Virus record (IMG/VR): IMGVR_UViG_3300032242_000468 | Location: 1-64,000 of that record | Source: a virus | Direction: 5' to 3' (one strand) | Length of the DNA stretch: 64,000 bases | Shown: one piece after another, positions 51,572 to 60,524 of the stretch | Layout of the letters: every line of letters starts with the position of its first letter | How positions within the stretch are numbered: position 1 is the stretch's first letter | Notes under the pieces: generated by a model | What the model was told of the DNA's origin: nothing | The model's database searches: none | Seen by the model: the letters and a program-made list of their open reading frames with translations, nothing else | Position numbers and translations under genes: made by a program

Positions 51572-51654
51572 CCTTATACACCGAGTTTCACGGATAACCA
51601 CCTTACATTGCGGGTTTACCACAGTATGATCTGCTAGAAACTCTAGCATCGATA
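51572..51654 (-). promoter_or_regulatory. Candidate structured 5' leader after a late promoter (TAAATA at 51655-51664)
   Basis: Minus strand: TGCTAGA-GTT-TCTAGCA hairpin, then ATAC[TGTGG-TAAAC-CCGCA]...[CCG-TGAAACT-CGG]TGTAT directly before the AAGGAG SD. Confidence 0.4.
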
Positions 51655-51691
51655 TATTTATTTAGATTGGAAAATAACCCTAGTTTAGGAT

Positions 51692-52411
51692 TTAATCGTT
51701 GTCAACACCGCGAAGTATATTTCTAAAATTCATAAATTTAGAATCAGCACCAACGGTTTTAGCAACATGCCACCATAACAAAGTTTCAGGATGGAATCTA
51801 GCGCCTGCTTCAGTGTATTCATCCATATGATCTACAAGTGTTGTTATCTTAGACATAGTGTTGCTATCAGAAGCAAACCATTGGTCGTTACGCATTTCTT
51901 GTCCGGAAAAGTTGTCAACATCCCACCAAGACTTGAACATCCAATTTGATGCAAAGGCTATAGTGTTTGTTAAATTAACACAACTAGGTAAATCAATATC
52001 GCCCCTAATATCAATATCGCCCCTAGATCTAATAACTAGGTCGTATTTAAAATTATGCGTTTGTTCGTATTGTTGTCTAAGTTGATCTACATTTTTTATC
52101 CCGCCAGCCTGTTTGAACATTTGTTCTGGTCTATTGCCTTGACTCCAACAATCACTTTGCGAATATCGACTGGACCAATTAAAATGCGGTGTAAACTCTA
52201 ACCCTGCAATAGCATAAGATCCTGTCATACAATTTGGCAGTTCTCTTTCTAAAAAAGATTTAAAATTATCTAAATCTTGCTCGCCTTCCCAATGACTAAA
52301 AAATAGATCACACTGAGAATAGCCTGAGTATTTTGATAGTTGTGATTTAAAAAAATCCGTGTTTCCAGTTATTCGGTTGGCTTGACCGCTAAAGCAAACT
52401 GCTATTCTCAT
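51692..52411 (-). CDS. Putative glycosyltransferase-like protein (paralog of 440..1138)
   Basis: MRIAVCFSGQ.R, YDLVIRSRGD, NDQWF and FHPETLL motifs. Confidence 0.55.
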   Translation of the reverse strand: MRIAVCFSGQANRITGNTDFFKSQLSKYSGYSQCDLFFSHWEGEQDLDNFKSFLERELPNCMTGSYAIAGLEFTPHFNWSSRYSQSDCWSQGNRPEQMFKQAGGIKNVDQLRQQYEQTHNFKYDLVIRSRGDIDIRGDIDLPSCVNLTNTIAFASNWMFKSWWDVDNFSGQEMRNDQWFASDSNTMSKITTLVDHMDEYTEAGARFHPETLLWWHVAKTVGADSKFMNFRNILRGVDND

Positions 52412-52415
52412 TTAA

Positions 52416-53207
52416 TTAACTGGCTGGGAAGTATCCGTCAAATCCGAGTAAGGCTACAACAGGTTTAGTTGGAACAGCACCTGTGAATAATATGTAACTA
52501 CCTGTAGTATACGAAACAGTAAATGTACTTGCTGAAGTTAAAGTTCTAGTTACAGCATTACTAAACACAAAGTAATAGTTAGTAGCCGTAGGATTTTGTG
52601 TGTGCTCTGTAATAGTTTGTATAATTGTAGTACCGGCAGGTATTCCTACACCTGTAACTAACATTGTACCAACAGTAGCAGTAATAATATTTGTAGTTGG
52701 TGGGTTAACGCCTCCTACAACTTGAACGGTGTTGGTCCCTGTGTATGCAGGTGCCGCCAGTGTTTCAGTAATTGTTGCCGGAGTTAACTGAATACCATAA
52801 TTTGTAACTGGAATTTGATAAACATTATCAACATATACCATGATATTTTGAGCACCTACTGCATAAGATGCCGCATAATCCGAATTTAAAGGACCAAAAA
52901 TTGTACTGGCATAATCACCGTTTCCTAGATTTTGAACTGTGATTGTGGCAGGTCGAACTGTACGAATTCTTTCCCACTGATTTCTTTCATAAACTTCTAA
53001 GTCTCTAAGATCGCTGTTATAACGAACAGTTCCAGTTACCAATGGCTCTGTTGGAAAATTTGTACCGCCAGGACGATTAGCAGTACTACCTGAGGGCAAT
53101 TCCATACCAATAACAGACTTTGTTAAAATCATCCCATTGGAATCCACAGCAAAATTATTGCTCATTGGATCTTTTGGATTTAAAGAATTACGTTTATAAA
53201 ATTTCAT
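52416..53207 (-). CDS. Virion structural protein (fibre/baseplate-associated)
   Basis: LPSGSTANRP...G.VRYNSDL..LEVY....W module and IMVYVDNVYQIP..NY module, both common in phage structural proteins. Confidence 0.65.
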   Translation of the reverse strand: MKFYKRNSLNPKDPMSNNFAVDSNGMILTKSVIGMELPSGSTANRPGGTNFPTEPLVTGTVRYNSDLRDLEVYERNQWERIRTVRPATITVQNLGNGDYASTIFGPLNSDYAASYAVGAQNIMVYVDNVYQIPVTNYGIQLTPATITETLAAPAYTGTNTVQVVGGVNPPTTNIITATVGTMLVTGVGIPAGTTIIQTITEHTQNPTATNYYFVFSNAVTRTLTSASTFTVSYTTGSYILFTGAVPTKPVVALLGFDGYFPAS

Positions 53208-53208
53208 A

Positions 53209-53520
53209 TTATAATGATATATAACTTAATGTTGCAGTAATAACTGAATTTTGAGATGCCTGTGCTTGAACACTATCACCATTTGCAAGAATAAATTTTT
53301 CTGTATCGATACTAAATGTTTCACCTCTAGGAATTGAAATTGCTTTACAAATCTTGTTATTATCTCCTCTAGCATACCCGGAAGGCACCATCCAGATATC
53401 CACAGTAGCATCTGTGGTTGCACTGGTGTTACAGAATATAATTGCTGTAATAGCATTATCACCTATTGATTGATAAACAGGTCCTGGTAAAGTTGTTAAT
53501 TGTGTATTAGTAATTGCCAT
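53209..53520 (-). CDS. Small virion-associated beta-sandwich protein
   Basis: 103 aa: VY.S....AITAIIFCN...IP.GETF..D.EKFIL.NGDSV.A. Paralog of 44571..44954. Confidence 0.65.
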   Translation of the reverse strand: MAITNTQLTTLPGPVYQSIGDNAITAIIFCNTSATTDATVDIWMVPSGYARGDNNKICKAISIPRGETFSIDTEKFILANGDSVQAQASQNSVITATLSYISL

Positions 53521-53529
53521 TGGCGTTCC

Positions 53530-54555
53530 TTAAAATATTATTGCTAGTAAAACTGCTTTTTTAGCCGAAACTAATTCGCCGGTAGATGTGCTAGTTCCGT
53601 CAAAATGATTGTACATCAATCCAGTTGAGCCTGCACCACTTTTTGTACTACTATACAATTTTGTTTTTCCAACTTCAAAACCTGGAGGGCTTGCTGGCGG
53701 AGTTAATGATATTCCACTATTTATAGCAATAAACCCTGTTCCATTGGTAGATAATGTTAAGTCTGTGTTTGTTGCAATAGATGAAATTGCCGACGGTGTA
53801 AAATTTAAATTAATGATAGGCATTCCAACCGAAGTCGGATATACTCTAAATACATCTATATCATCAAGGTAAGTAGTTATATAACTAGTAGCAGTAACAT
53901 TACGTTGATCTGTGCGATCGTTAATCATAATAGAACTATTGCCTGCTCGGATAAATCTTGCCTCAGTAGCAGTGCCTACCCCTCGGATAGCATTAAACTT
54001 ATAATCAACGTACCCTTTGTTAGGAATATCGTTGTCGTTAGTAGAGTTTTCCATTCTAGCGGTATAGCCAAGATCGGTTACAGCCAAATTTTCAATTCCG
54101 TCTGTTAAGATATAATTTTTATCTTGTCCTGATTGTGCACCATTAATTTTTAAGAATCCAACTTCTGCACCGGCAAATTGATTTTTAACTTTAAAAGTCC
54201 ACAATCCCTGTCCCGTAGCCGCCGCAGTATATGGTCTATTATCATCCCATAAGAAAGTAGTAGCATACTGTGTACTATTAGTTGGGTCTCTAGAAATTTG
54301 TATACCCGATGTTCCCATTGTAACGTGTCCAACACTAGTTTCACCGCTATTTAAAATAATGAGATTATCTGATATTTGTAAATTATTTTGAGTAACATTA
54401 GTAATTGTACTGATCTGTACTGTTTCACCTTTCACTGTAAGGTTACCGGTGATAATAACTTCACCTGATAGATAACCTGTGTCAAGCGTAATCGTGCCAG
54501 AACTAGCAGTTTTAACATAATAATCACCAGAAAGAACTAACTTGTCAGCACTCAT
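53530..54555 (-). CDS. Virion structural protein
   Basis: ITGNLTVKGET...ISDNLIILNSGE module and DIPNKGYVD motif. TAAATA at 54575-54580. Confidence 0.65.
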   Translation of the reverse strand: MSADKLVLSGDYYVKTASSGTITLDTGYLSGEVIITGNLTVKGETVQISTITNVTQNNLQISDNLIILNSGETSVGHVTMGTSGIQISRDPTNSTQYATTFLWDDNRPYTAAATGQGLWTFKVKNQFAGAEVGFLKINGAQSGQDKNYILTDGIENLAVTDLGYTARMENSTNDNDIPNKGYVDYKFNAIRGVGTATEARFIRAGNSSIMINDRTDQRNVTATSYITTYLDDIDVFRVYPTSVGMPIINLNFTPSAISSIATNTDLTLSTNGTGFIAINSGISLTPPASPPGFEVGKTKLYSSTKSGAGSTGLMYNHFDGTSTSTGELVSAKKAVLLAIIF

Positions 54556-54584
54556 GAAACGATTCCTTTAAGCATATTTAGCGT

Positions 54585-55163
54585 TTAATACACCATTAGT
54601 TGAACTGAGTCTATAAGCACAGTTTCTTTGTGTGGGTAATATAAGTGACTCTGCAAACGTAATGTAATTCCAAATGTAGAATCTTGTACCATCGCCGCCG
54701 TTAATTGATTATCCCATAAGTCTGTAGGACTACCGTAAGTCATAGAATTATGAACTGGCACATGATTTAAATCATCTAACAAATAGTTAATTTTATTTTC
54801 TCCCATCAAGTTTCCTTGATGGGTAAGTTGTACAGTTTCGTCCATGATTCTACCTTTTCTACGAATAGAAGTCTGTACCTGTATTCCATTTATAGGATCT
54901 GTTAATCCGGTAATATTAAAACCAGTAAATGTAATATACCAAGTCTTTTGTCTAAGAGGTGCATGTCCATCGTTAGCAATATATAGCAACGGACTTATAC
55001 TTTGAATAGTACCAGTCCTGTTAGATAAATTTGTATTAGGAGTAGTTATGACACGCCCTTGGCCATCAACAGAATTGTTAACACCTGCTTGCCATTGAAT
55101 GTGTTGATCAAACTCTGCATGTTGAGAAGTGATCGAAGGAGAATACCATTGTTGTGTTGTCAT
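54585..55163 (-). CDS. Hypothetical structural-cluster protein (likely start 55163, MTTQQW)
   Basis: ORF with TYGSPTDLW motif. The ATG lies 5 nt after a TAAATA that follows a terminator. Confidence 0.6.
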   Translation of the reverse strand: MTTQQWYSPSITSQHAEFDQHIQWQAGVNNSVDGQGRVITTPNTNLSNRTGTIQSISPLLYIANDGHAPLRQKTWYITFTGFNITGLTDPINGIQVQTSIRRKGRIMDETVQLTHQGNLMGENKINYLLDDLNHVPVHNSMTYGSPTDLWDNQLTAAMVQDSTFGITLRLQSHLYYPHKETVLIDSVQLMVY

Positions 55164-55180
55164 ATAGGTATTTACCAAAG

Positions 55181-55204
55181 AAAAACGCCCCGAAGGGCGT
55201 TTTT
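55181..55204 (-). terminator. Intrinsic terminator with a C(UUCG)G tetraloop
   Basis: Minus strand AAAAACGCCC-TTCG-GGGCGTTTTT. Confidence 0.9.
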
Positions 55205-55220
55205 ATCTGCTTACATTTTA

Positions 55221-56195
55221 TTAGTTGTTAGCAATTTGAACAAATTGAGCACCATTTGTACTTACATATGGAGCACTAAAACTCCATGGAGCAGGTCTAA
55301 ATGATGAATAAACAGCAGTACTTGTATTTGTTCTGTTAACTAATAGTGCTTTATGAGCAGTTAGTTTCATAACATAATATGTTGCACCGGCTGTGTCTGT
55401 AGCAAGAACGTGCATGTTACCATGTGTAAGGGTATGTGCCGCACCTGTACCTGAACTTAAATGACAAACACCTACACCTTGTGAATTCACAATCAAGTAA
55501 CGACGCGATGATTCTTGTTTAATAATGTCACCACCTGTTACAGCACTTGATCCTGTTGTTAGGTAAGATGTAAATTTAATCGCGTTCTGACGATTTGTTG
55601 TTAAATTAACTGTACCTACAGGTGCGCTTGGGGCTCCACCGGTAACAATAGGAGTTTCTGTTCCAACGTAACCAGTACCTGGTGTAGTTACAGGAACTAT
55701 ACCATTCTTAACATGGAAGAATAAATCTACAAGGAATGTAGATGTTGTTCCAGGACCGCTTACTTTAGTAGCATTAATACCTTGTGTATATCCGTTTGTT
55801 CCACCTGTTGGGAAAACAGTAATACCAGATCCTGCATTAGTAAATGTGAAGATTGCGTTTGAACCTGCAATGTTCCAAACTGTAAACTGTGCGCCACCTG
55901 TGGTAGGATATGTGAATATATCACCTACTGCTAGGTTACCGCCTCCACGAGATTTACCAGCACCAGTTGACATTGTAATTGCTTCGTATGTAACTGTGCC
56001 AGCAACTGCTTGTTGACCTTCAGCAATTGTTGGAGCAGGGGCTGTGATTGTTACCGGAGCAAGCATACTACCAGCATTGCTTAAAAAATTTAGACTGGCA
56101 AGACCTTCTCCACCAACACCCGATAATTGATCATATAAATCAGTGTATGGGTAATTTGTATTACCGAAATATTTCTTTTTAATTGGACGTCCCAT
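55221..56195 (-). CDS. Hypothetical virion protein downstream of the major capsid gene (possible head decoration protein)
   Basis: 324-aa Gly/Thr-rich ORF starting MGRPIKKKYFG, with a strong AAGGAG SD. Function inferred from position only. Confidence 0.6.
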   Translation of the reverse strand: MGRPIKKKYFGNTNYPYTDLYDQLSGVGGEGLASLNFLSNAGSMLAPVTITAPAPTIAEGQQAVAGTVTYEAITMSTGAGKSRGGGNLAVGDIFTYPTTGGAQFTVWNIAGSNAIFTFTNAGSGITVFPTGGTNGYTQGINATKVSGPGTTSTFLVDLFFHVKNGIVPVTTPGTGYVGTETPIVTGGAPSAPVGTVNLTTNRQNAIKFTSYLTTGSSAVTGGDIIKQESSRRYLIVNSQGVGVCHLSSGTGAAHTLTHGNMHVLATDTAGATYYVMKLTAHKALLVNRTNTSTAVYSSFRPAPWSFSAPYVSTNGAQFVQIANN

Positions 56196-56207
56196 TTTGT
56201 TTCTCCT

Positions 56208-56285
56208 TAATGTTGTGAGCGTTCTAGGCTCTACGCGGATGGTACCGCATAAACTCAGTTAAAATGATAACCGGCTTGTTATTTA
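56208..56285 (-). promoter_or_regulatory. Late promoter (TAAATA at 56280-56285) followed by a three-hairpin 5' leader
   Basis: Minus strand: CGGTTA-TCATTT-TAACTG, then TATGCGG-TACCAT-CCGCGTA, then GAGC-CTAGAAC-GCTC, then the SD. Confidence 0.45.
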
Positions 56286-56287
56286 AC

Positions 56288-56310
56288 AAAAAACCCGCCG
56301 AAGCGGGTTT
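56288..56310 (-). terminator. Intrinsic terminator after the major capsid gene, C(UUCG)G tetraloop
   Basis: Minus strand AAACCCGC-TTCG-GCGGGTTTTTT. Confidence 0.9.
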
Positions 56311-56338
56311 CTTGATTTGCTTTAGACCAAATCCAATA

Positions 56339-57520
56339 TTATTGGAAACTTACTGTTGCACTTGTGATAGCAACTTTGGCTAGGTAGTCAGCGGCGTTAC
56401 CTAGTGAAGATGCTGTGTTTGATAACTCAACATATCCGTAACGTGTTAAGAAGCCAACTACTGGCTCAAATGTATTTGGATCTAGAACAACACCAGAACT
56501 CATCAATGGAATATAAGGGCAGTAGAAAGCGGCGGCATCAGCCTCGCTTGAACCTTTATAACCAACTAGAATTTGGTTGTTGTCATCTGTATCGCTCTTA
56601 TAAGCGTCAACATAAATTCTCATGCTACTGTTCAATGTACCAACAAACTTAGTGTTTGTAGGTGCTTCGAATGTACCTTCTGTTGTTCTTGCAAACGCAG
56701 AAGTTGTAGCAGATTGAAGAATTGTCAATGCTTGGTTAGAAACAACTGCCCAGTTAGCAGAACCACGACGTGTTCTTTGAGCAATTAAGTTACTAGCACG
56801 GTTGATCATAACCGCTAAAGCGGCATGCTCGTCACCAACGAATGTTGCTGTACCAGAAACTTGTGATTGGTCATAAGTTTCTTCAACAGAAGCCAAAGAA
56901 CGTAGAGAAGTTAAAATCTCTTGATCGATTTCAACTGTGATCTCTTGTGCTAGGGCGGCCATGATTTCAGCCTCAATGTCAATACCTTGCTGTGCTTGAG
57001 CATCTTGAGCAGCCTCGAATGTCCAACGTGCGCTTAGTTTGCGTGATTTGGCTTCGACTGGTGCTTTCAAGATTTGAATGCTCATACGCTTACCTGGTTG
57101 TCCCTCAAGAACTGAAGTGGCACTAGCACGTGGTGTAGTGTCATTGTTGTTACCAGAATAAGCAGCCGCAATCTTGAATGGGCTTAATGCTTCTTCACCT
57201 GCTACGATACCGTCACCGTTTGATGTATCAGCGTAACGAACACGTAGTGTGTGAATTTGTCCAACAGGGCCAGTCATTGGTTGAACACCAATGATTTCGT
57301 TAGCAATAACTGTTGGCATAACACGACGAATAACTGGAAGAATAACGCGGTTTAATGTAGCGATATTACCAGAACTTGTAGCGCCACTTGTTGCGGCTTC
57401 TGCCAAGTACTTACGTGTGTTCTCTAAGCAGACTTGCATAGATGAACGACGAGTACCTTGTAGGCCTTCAAGCAGAGCGTCTTTGGTCTCTGACCATCTT
57501 TCATTTAATAATTTTGACAT
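56339..57520 (-). CDS. gp23: Major capsid protein (T4 gp23-like)
   Basis: LPVIRRVMP..IA.EIIGVQPMTGPVGQI, AKSRKLSARWTFEAAQD, EI..EIDQEI, AFYCPYIPL, DPNTFEP..GF.TRYG. Confidence 0.97.
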   Translation of the reverse strand: MSKLLNERWSETKDALLEGLQGTRRSSMQVCLENTRKYLAEAATSGATSSGNIATLNRVILPVIRRVMPTVIANEIIGVQPMTGPVGQIHTLRVRYADTSNGDGIVAGEEALSPFKIAAAYSGNNNDTTPRASATSVLEGQPGKRMSIQILKAPVEAKSRKLSARWTFEAAQDAQAQQGIDIEAEIMAALAQEITVEIDQEILTSLRSLASVEETYDQSQVSGTATFVGDEHAALAVMINRASNLIAQRTRRGSANWAVVSNQALTILQSATTSAFARTTEGTFEAPTNTKFVGTLNSSMRIYVDAYKSDTDDNNQILVGYKGSSEADAAAFYCPYIPLMSSGVVLDPNTFEPVVGFLTRYGYVELSNTASSLGNAADYLAKVAITSATVSFQ

Positions 57521-57546
57521 TTTATGTCTTCTCCTTGAATATTAAA

Positions 57547-58644
57547 TTATTTCAGTCCCGCTAATTTGCGGATATCTAAAATGTTATCTTCGCCTACCTG
57601 AGGCTGATTTTTCTCTTCGCGATTACCTGTGATCTCATGACCTTCTGTTAGTACAGCCTTTTTAGCGGCTGGCTTAACTATATTACCTTCTAGCACTGCT
57701 GGTAGGTACTTGTCAAATGATTCAGTAAGTTTCTGTGTCTTGGTAGACTCAAGCAACTCTTTCATAATCGTTTTCTGTTCAGCACTCAAAGGTGCTAGTA
57801 ACTCACTCATCACCGTTTTACGTTCCATTAGATCTTTAGCAATGCGAACTTCGCGTTCCTTAGATTCAATGACACGTTGCTTTTCTGTGACAACTGTTTG
57901 TGCTTCGGCTAACTCTGCATCTTTCTTTTGAATAATCTTAAGCAATTTACTTGTTTCAGATTTTTCATTTAGATAACTTGTAGAATACTCCTGGGCAAAT
58001 GCTTCAAATACTCGACGACCGAATGCGTTACGACGAGCAGAATCGATATCTTCTTTCAACTGATATAACTCAGAATTAAGTTTTTTCGTTACTGTCTCTT
58101 GTACTAATGCGGCGCTTCTCATAATGAAACGTTGTTTTACCTCATCGAATTTCTTCTTGGCTTCACGTACTAACTTAACTTTCGCTTCTGCTAGTTCACG
58201 CTTGTCTTGACTAAACTCGTTGATTTCTCTTGCTAGAGCAGTTACAATGAACTGTTCTAACTTAGCAAAATTCTCTGCAACCTTTTGACGGTCGTTTTGG
58301 AATTCTCCTAATTCTTTACCTAACTGATTAATAACAAAAGTTTCCATCATTTTAGAATCTCTTGCCATCTTGTTTTGATAAGCAACTTTGGCTTCCACCA
58401 ATCCTTTCTTATCGTCTACAAGCTCAGCCATCTCTGCGGCCAATCTATCGCCAACCATTTTGTCGAGTGCTTCAACAATAGAACGCTTGTCGTGTTCATA
58501 TTTTTGGGCAAACTCTTCGCGTAGTTCAGCAGTGACTTGGTCGCGGTTTTCTTGAATCTTAGCACTGAAAGCAGAGTCTAGTTCAGAACCTACGTCCTCA
58601 CCTATAACACCACTCTCTACTAACCTCTTGAATGCGTCCATCAT
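57547..58644 (-). CDS. gp22: Prohead core scaffold protein (T4 gp22-like)
   Basis: Long Glu/Lys-rich coiled coil between the protease and major capsid genes. Confidence 0.8.
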   Translation of the reverse strand: MMDAFKRLVESGVIGEDVGSELDSAFSAKIQENRDQVTAELREEFAQKYEHDKRSIVEALDKMVGDRLAAEMAELVDDKKGLVEAKVAYQNKMARDSKMMETFVINQLGKELGEFQNDRQKVAENFAKLEQFIVTALAREINEFSQDKRELAEAKVKLVREAKKKFDEVKQRFIMRSAALVQETVTKKLNSELYQLKEDIDSARRNAFGRRVFEAFAQEYSTSYLNEKSETSKLLKIIQKKDAELAEAQTVVTEKQRVIESKEREVRIAKDLMERKTVMSELLAPLSAEQKTIMKELLESTKTQKLTESFDKYLPAVLEGNIVKPAAKKAVLTEGHEITGNREEKNQPQVGEDNILDIRKLAGLK

Positions 58645-58656
58645 CGCTTTATCTCC

Positions 58657-59292
58657 TTAGGTTTTTAAGCCATTTATGATACTCAGCATGGCCTCACGGA
58701 CATACTTTTCTGCCTTGGGATCTTTTTGTACCTCCTGCGCAGTCCTAAATGCTCTATGACCATTACGACTATTCATCAAATGTTCATAAATTGGTGTAGG
58801 ATATGCTCCCGGCGCACTTGGTTGAGCAACTATATCAACTGTGATAATCTCGAACTCAGATACTTGACCGTTGCTTTCGTTAACGTTTCCGCTACCTCTA
58901 GAACTTACACCAAGTTTTACACCGCTTTCAAGCATAGTCTTTACTAAATTACCCATTGGGGTAGGAAGGATTTTCATCTTTCCATAACCATTAGGACCGT
59001 CCATCCACATATCAGTGATCATGTGTGACACACGGTCCAAATTTACTTTTAAGTCTTCAGGATGATCTACCTCACCTAGTACAGAGTAACCATTTTGTAT
59101 TTGATCGTTAAGCGTTTTAACTGCAATAGTAATTTCATTCACAGGGTAAACACGCTGGTTAGCGTTGCGAATACCGCCTTGAATTGCAATGCCTTTTAAG
59201 TACAGACTCTTGCCTTCCTGACCTTCAACAGACTCTACCACGCATCTTGCTTGATCAAAACTTAAATGTTCTCTTAGGTAAGATATTTTCAT
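58657..59292 (-). CDS. gp21: Prohead protease (T4 gp21-like)
   Basis: N.NQRVYP, LGEVDHP (catalytic His), LGVSSRGSG (catalytic Ser), DIVAQPSAPGAY. Confidence 0.95.
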   Translation of the reverse strand: MKISYLREHLSFDQARCVVESVEGQEGKSLYLKGIAIQGGIRNANQRVYPVNEITIAVKTLNDQIQNGYSVLGEVDHPEDLKVNLDRVSHMITDMWMDGPNGYGKMKILPTPMGNLVKTMLESGVKLGVSSRGSGNVNESNGQVSEFEIITVDIVAQPSAPGAYPTPIYEHLMNSRNGHRAFRTAQEVQKDPKAEKYVREAMLSIINGLKT

Positions 59293-59294
59293 TA

Positions 59295-60368
59295 TTAAGC
59301 GTTCCTGTTAGGTGCGCCTGTCAACGGGCTCTTAGTATTAACGGAACCAGTTTGACCTGATTTACCACCTGTACCAGCACCCCATCCTTGTCCTTCTCCG
59401 CCTGTGCCCTTCTTCTCAGCGCCGTGTCCGCCACTAACTTTGCTTAGTGCCGCGCCCGACTTCATGCTAGAAGTTGCTTTGTTAGAGATATTCTTTTCAA
59501 CACCTTTAGTGTACTCGCCTTTAGTAGCGCCAACTAAACCACGTGAACCTTTGTCCATATTAGGACTTGTTCCACTCATTTCGCCAACACCTTTAGTGTT
59601 TGCTAGAATGTTGTGTGCTGTTGCGCCAGTTGTTGGCTTACCTTTACCAGAACTAACTGGGCTTGGTGTGTTGCTTACGTCTGTTTGACCAGCCTTGTCA
59701 CCTTTTCCTGATCCAACTGGACCTGGTGTTTTCATGCTGTTCTTTTCCCAGTCGTTACCAACTGTGTCACGATATTCACGAACACGTTGACGGCTTTCAA
59801 ACATGCCTTCGTCTTCATCATCTTCTTCGCTGTCGTCTTCTTCTTCATCACCAAACTCTTCACCGTCGTCTTCACCTTCTTCGTCGCCGAAATCAGGATC
59901 ATCAACACCGTCGTGATGCTCTGGCTCGTGTTCTTCGTCAGCCATTAGGGCTTCAAATTCTGCTTTTAATTGCTCTAGGGCATCTTCTAGATCGTCGATG
60001 CGTTCTTCAGTAGAACCTTCGTCACCGCCTAGATCACCGGCCATGTCGTCACCGCCCATATCATCCATATCATCCATTCCGTCGTCGCCCATGTCAGCAC
60101 CAGGTGCTCCCATGTCGCCGGCCATAGCATCTGTTGGGTCGCCGCCGATTTCAAGAGTAGTTTCTTCGTCTAACTCTTCTTCGTCGTCTTCCTCATCGTC
60201 TTCTTGGGCTTCGTCCATTTCTTCTTCGTCTTCTTCCGCTTCTTCAGCGATTAGATTTTCGTATATATCTCTAGATTTTTCTACAACGATTTCATGAAAC
60301 AATTCATTTGCCTTGTCCATTTCCTCGTTTACTAGATAATCTAGAAGTTGTTCAAACTTATTAGTCAT
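59295..60368 (-). CDS. Highly acidic prohead core / internal protein (occupies the T4 gp67/gp68 position)
   Basis: Asp/Glu-rich N-terminal half and Gly/Lys/Thr-rich C-terminal half, between the portal and protease genes. GGAG SD. Confidence 0.7.
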   Translation of the reverse strand: MTNKFEQLLDYLVNEEMDKANELFHEIVVEKSRDIYENLIAEEAEEDEEEMDEAQEDDEEDDEEELDEETTLEIGGDPTDAMAGDMGAPGADMGDDGMDDMDDMGGDDMAGDLGGDEGSTEERIDDLEDALEQLKAEFEALMADEEHEPEHHDGVDDPDFGDEEGEDDGEEFGDEEEDDSEEDDEDEGMFESRQRVREYRDTVGNDWEKNSMKTPGPVGSGKGDKAGQTDVSNTPSPVSSGKGKPTTGATAHNILANTKGVGEMSGTSPNMDKGSRGLVGATKGEYTKGVEKNISNKATSSMKSGAALSKVSGGHGAEKKGTGGEGQGWGAGTGGKSGQTGSVNTKSPLTGAPNRNA

Positions 60369-60524
60369 TGCGTTGGTCTCCTATTATATTGGCAAGGCTG
60401 TCGACATATTTACAGCCGCATAGGAATACTTATATGAAATAGCCGAAAAAACCAGGTTTTTTGGTATTCAATGTGAAAAACGCAAAAATATTTACGATTT
60501 TAATGAGAGAAGTTAAGTTTGTAC

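Noticed and set aside
51565-51654. The leader as a c-di-GMP-I riboswitch or a hammerhead/pistol ribozyme
   Set aside because: Superficial GGTAAAC/GAAAC words are present, but I could not find the required cores (e.g. hammerhead CUGAUGA, or the c-di-GMP tetraloop-receptor architecture). Kept only as an unknown structured leader.
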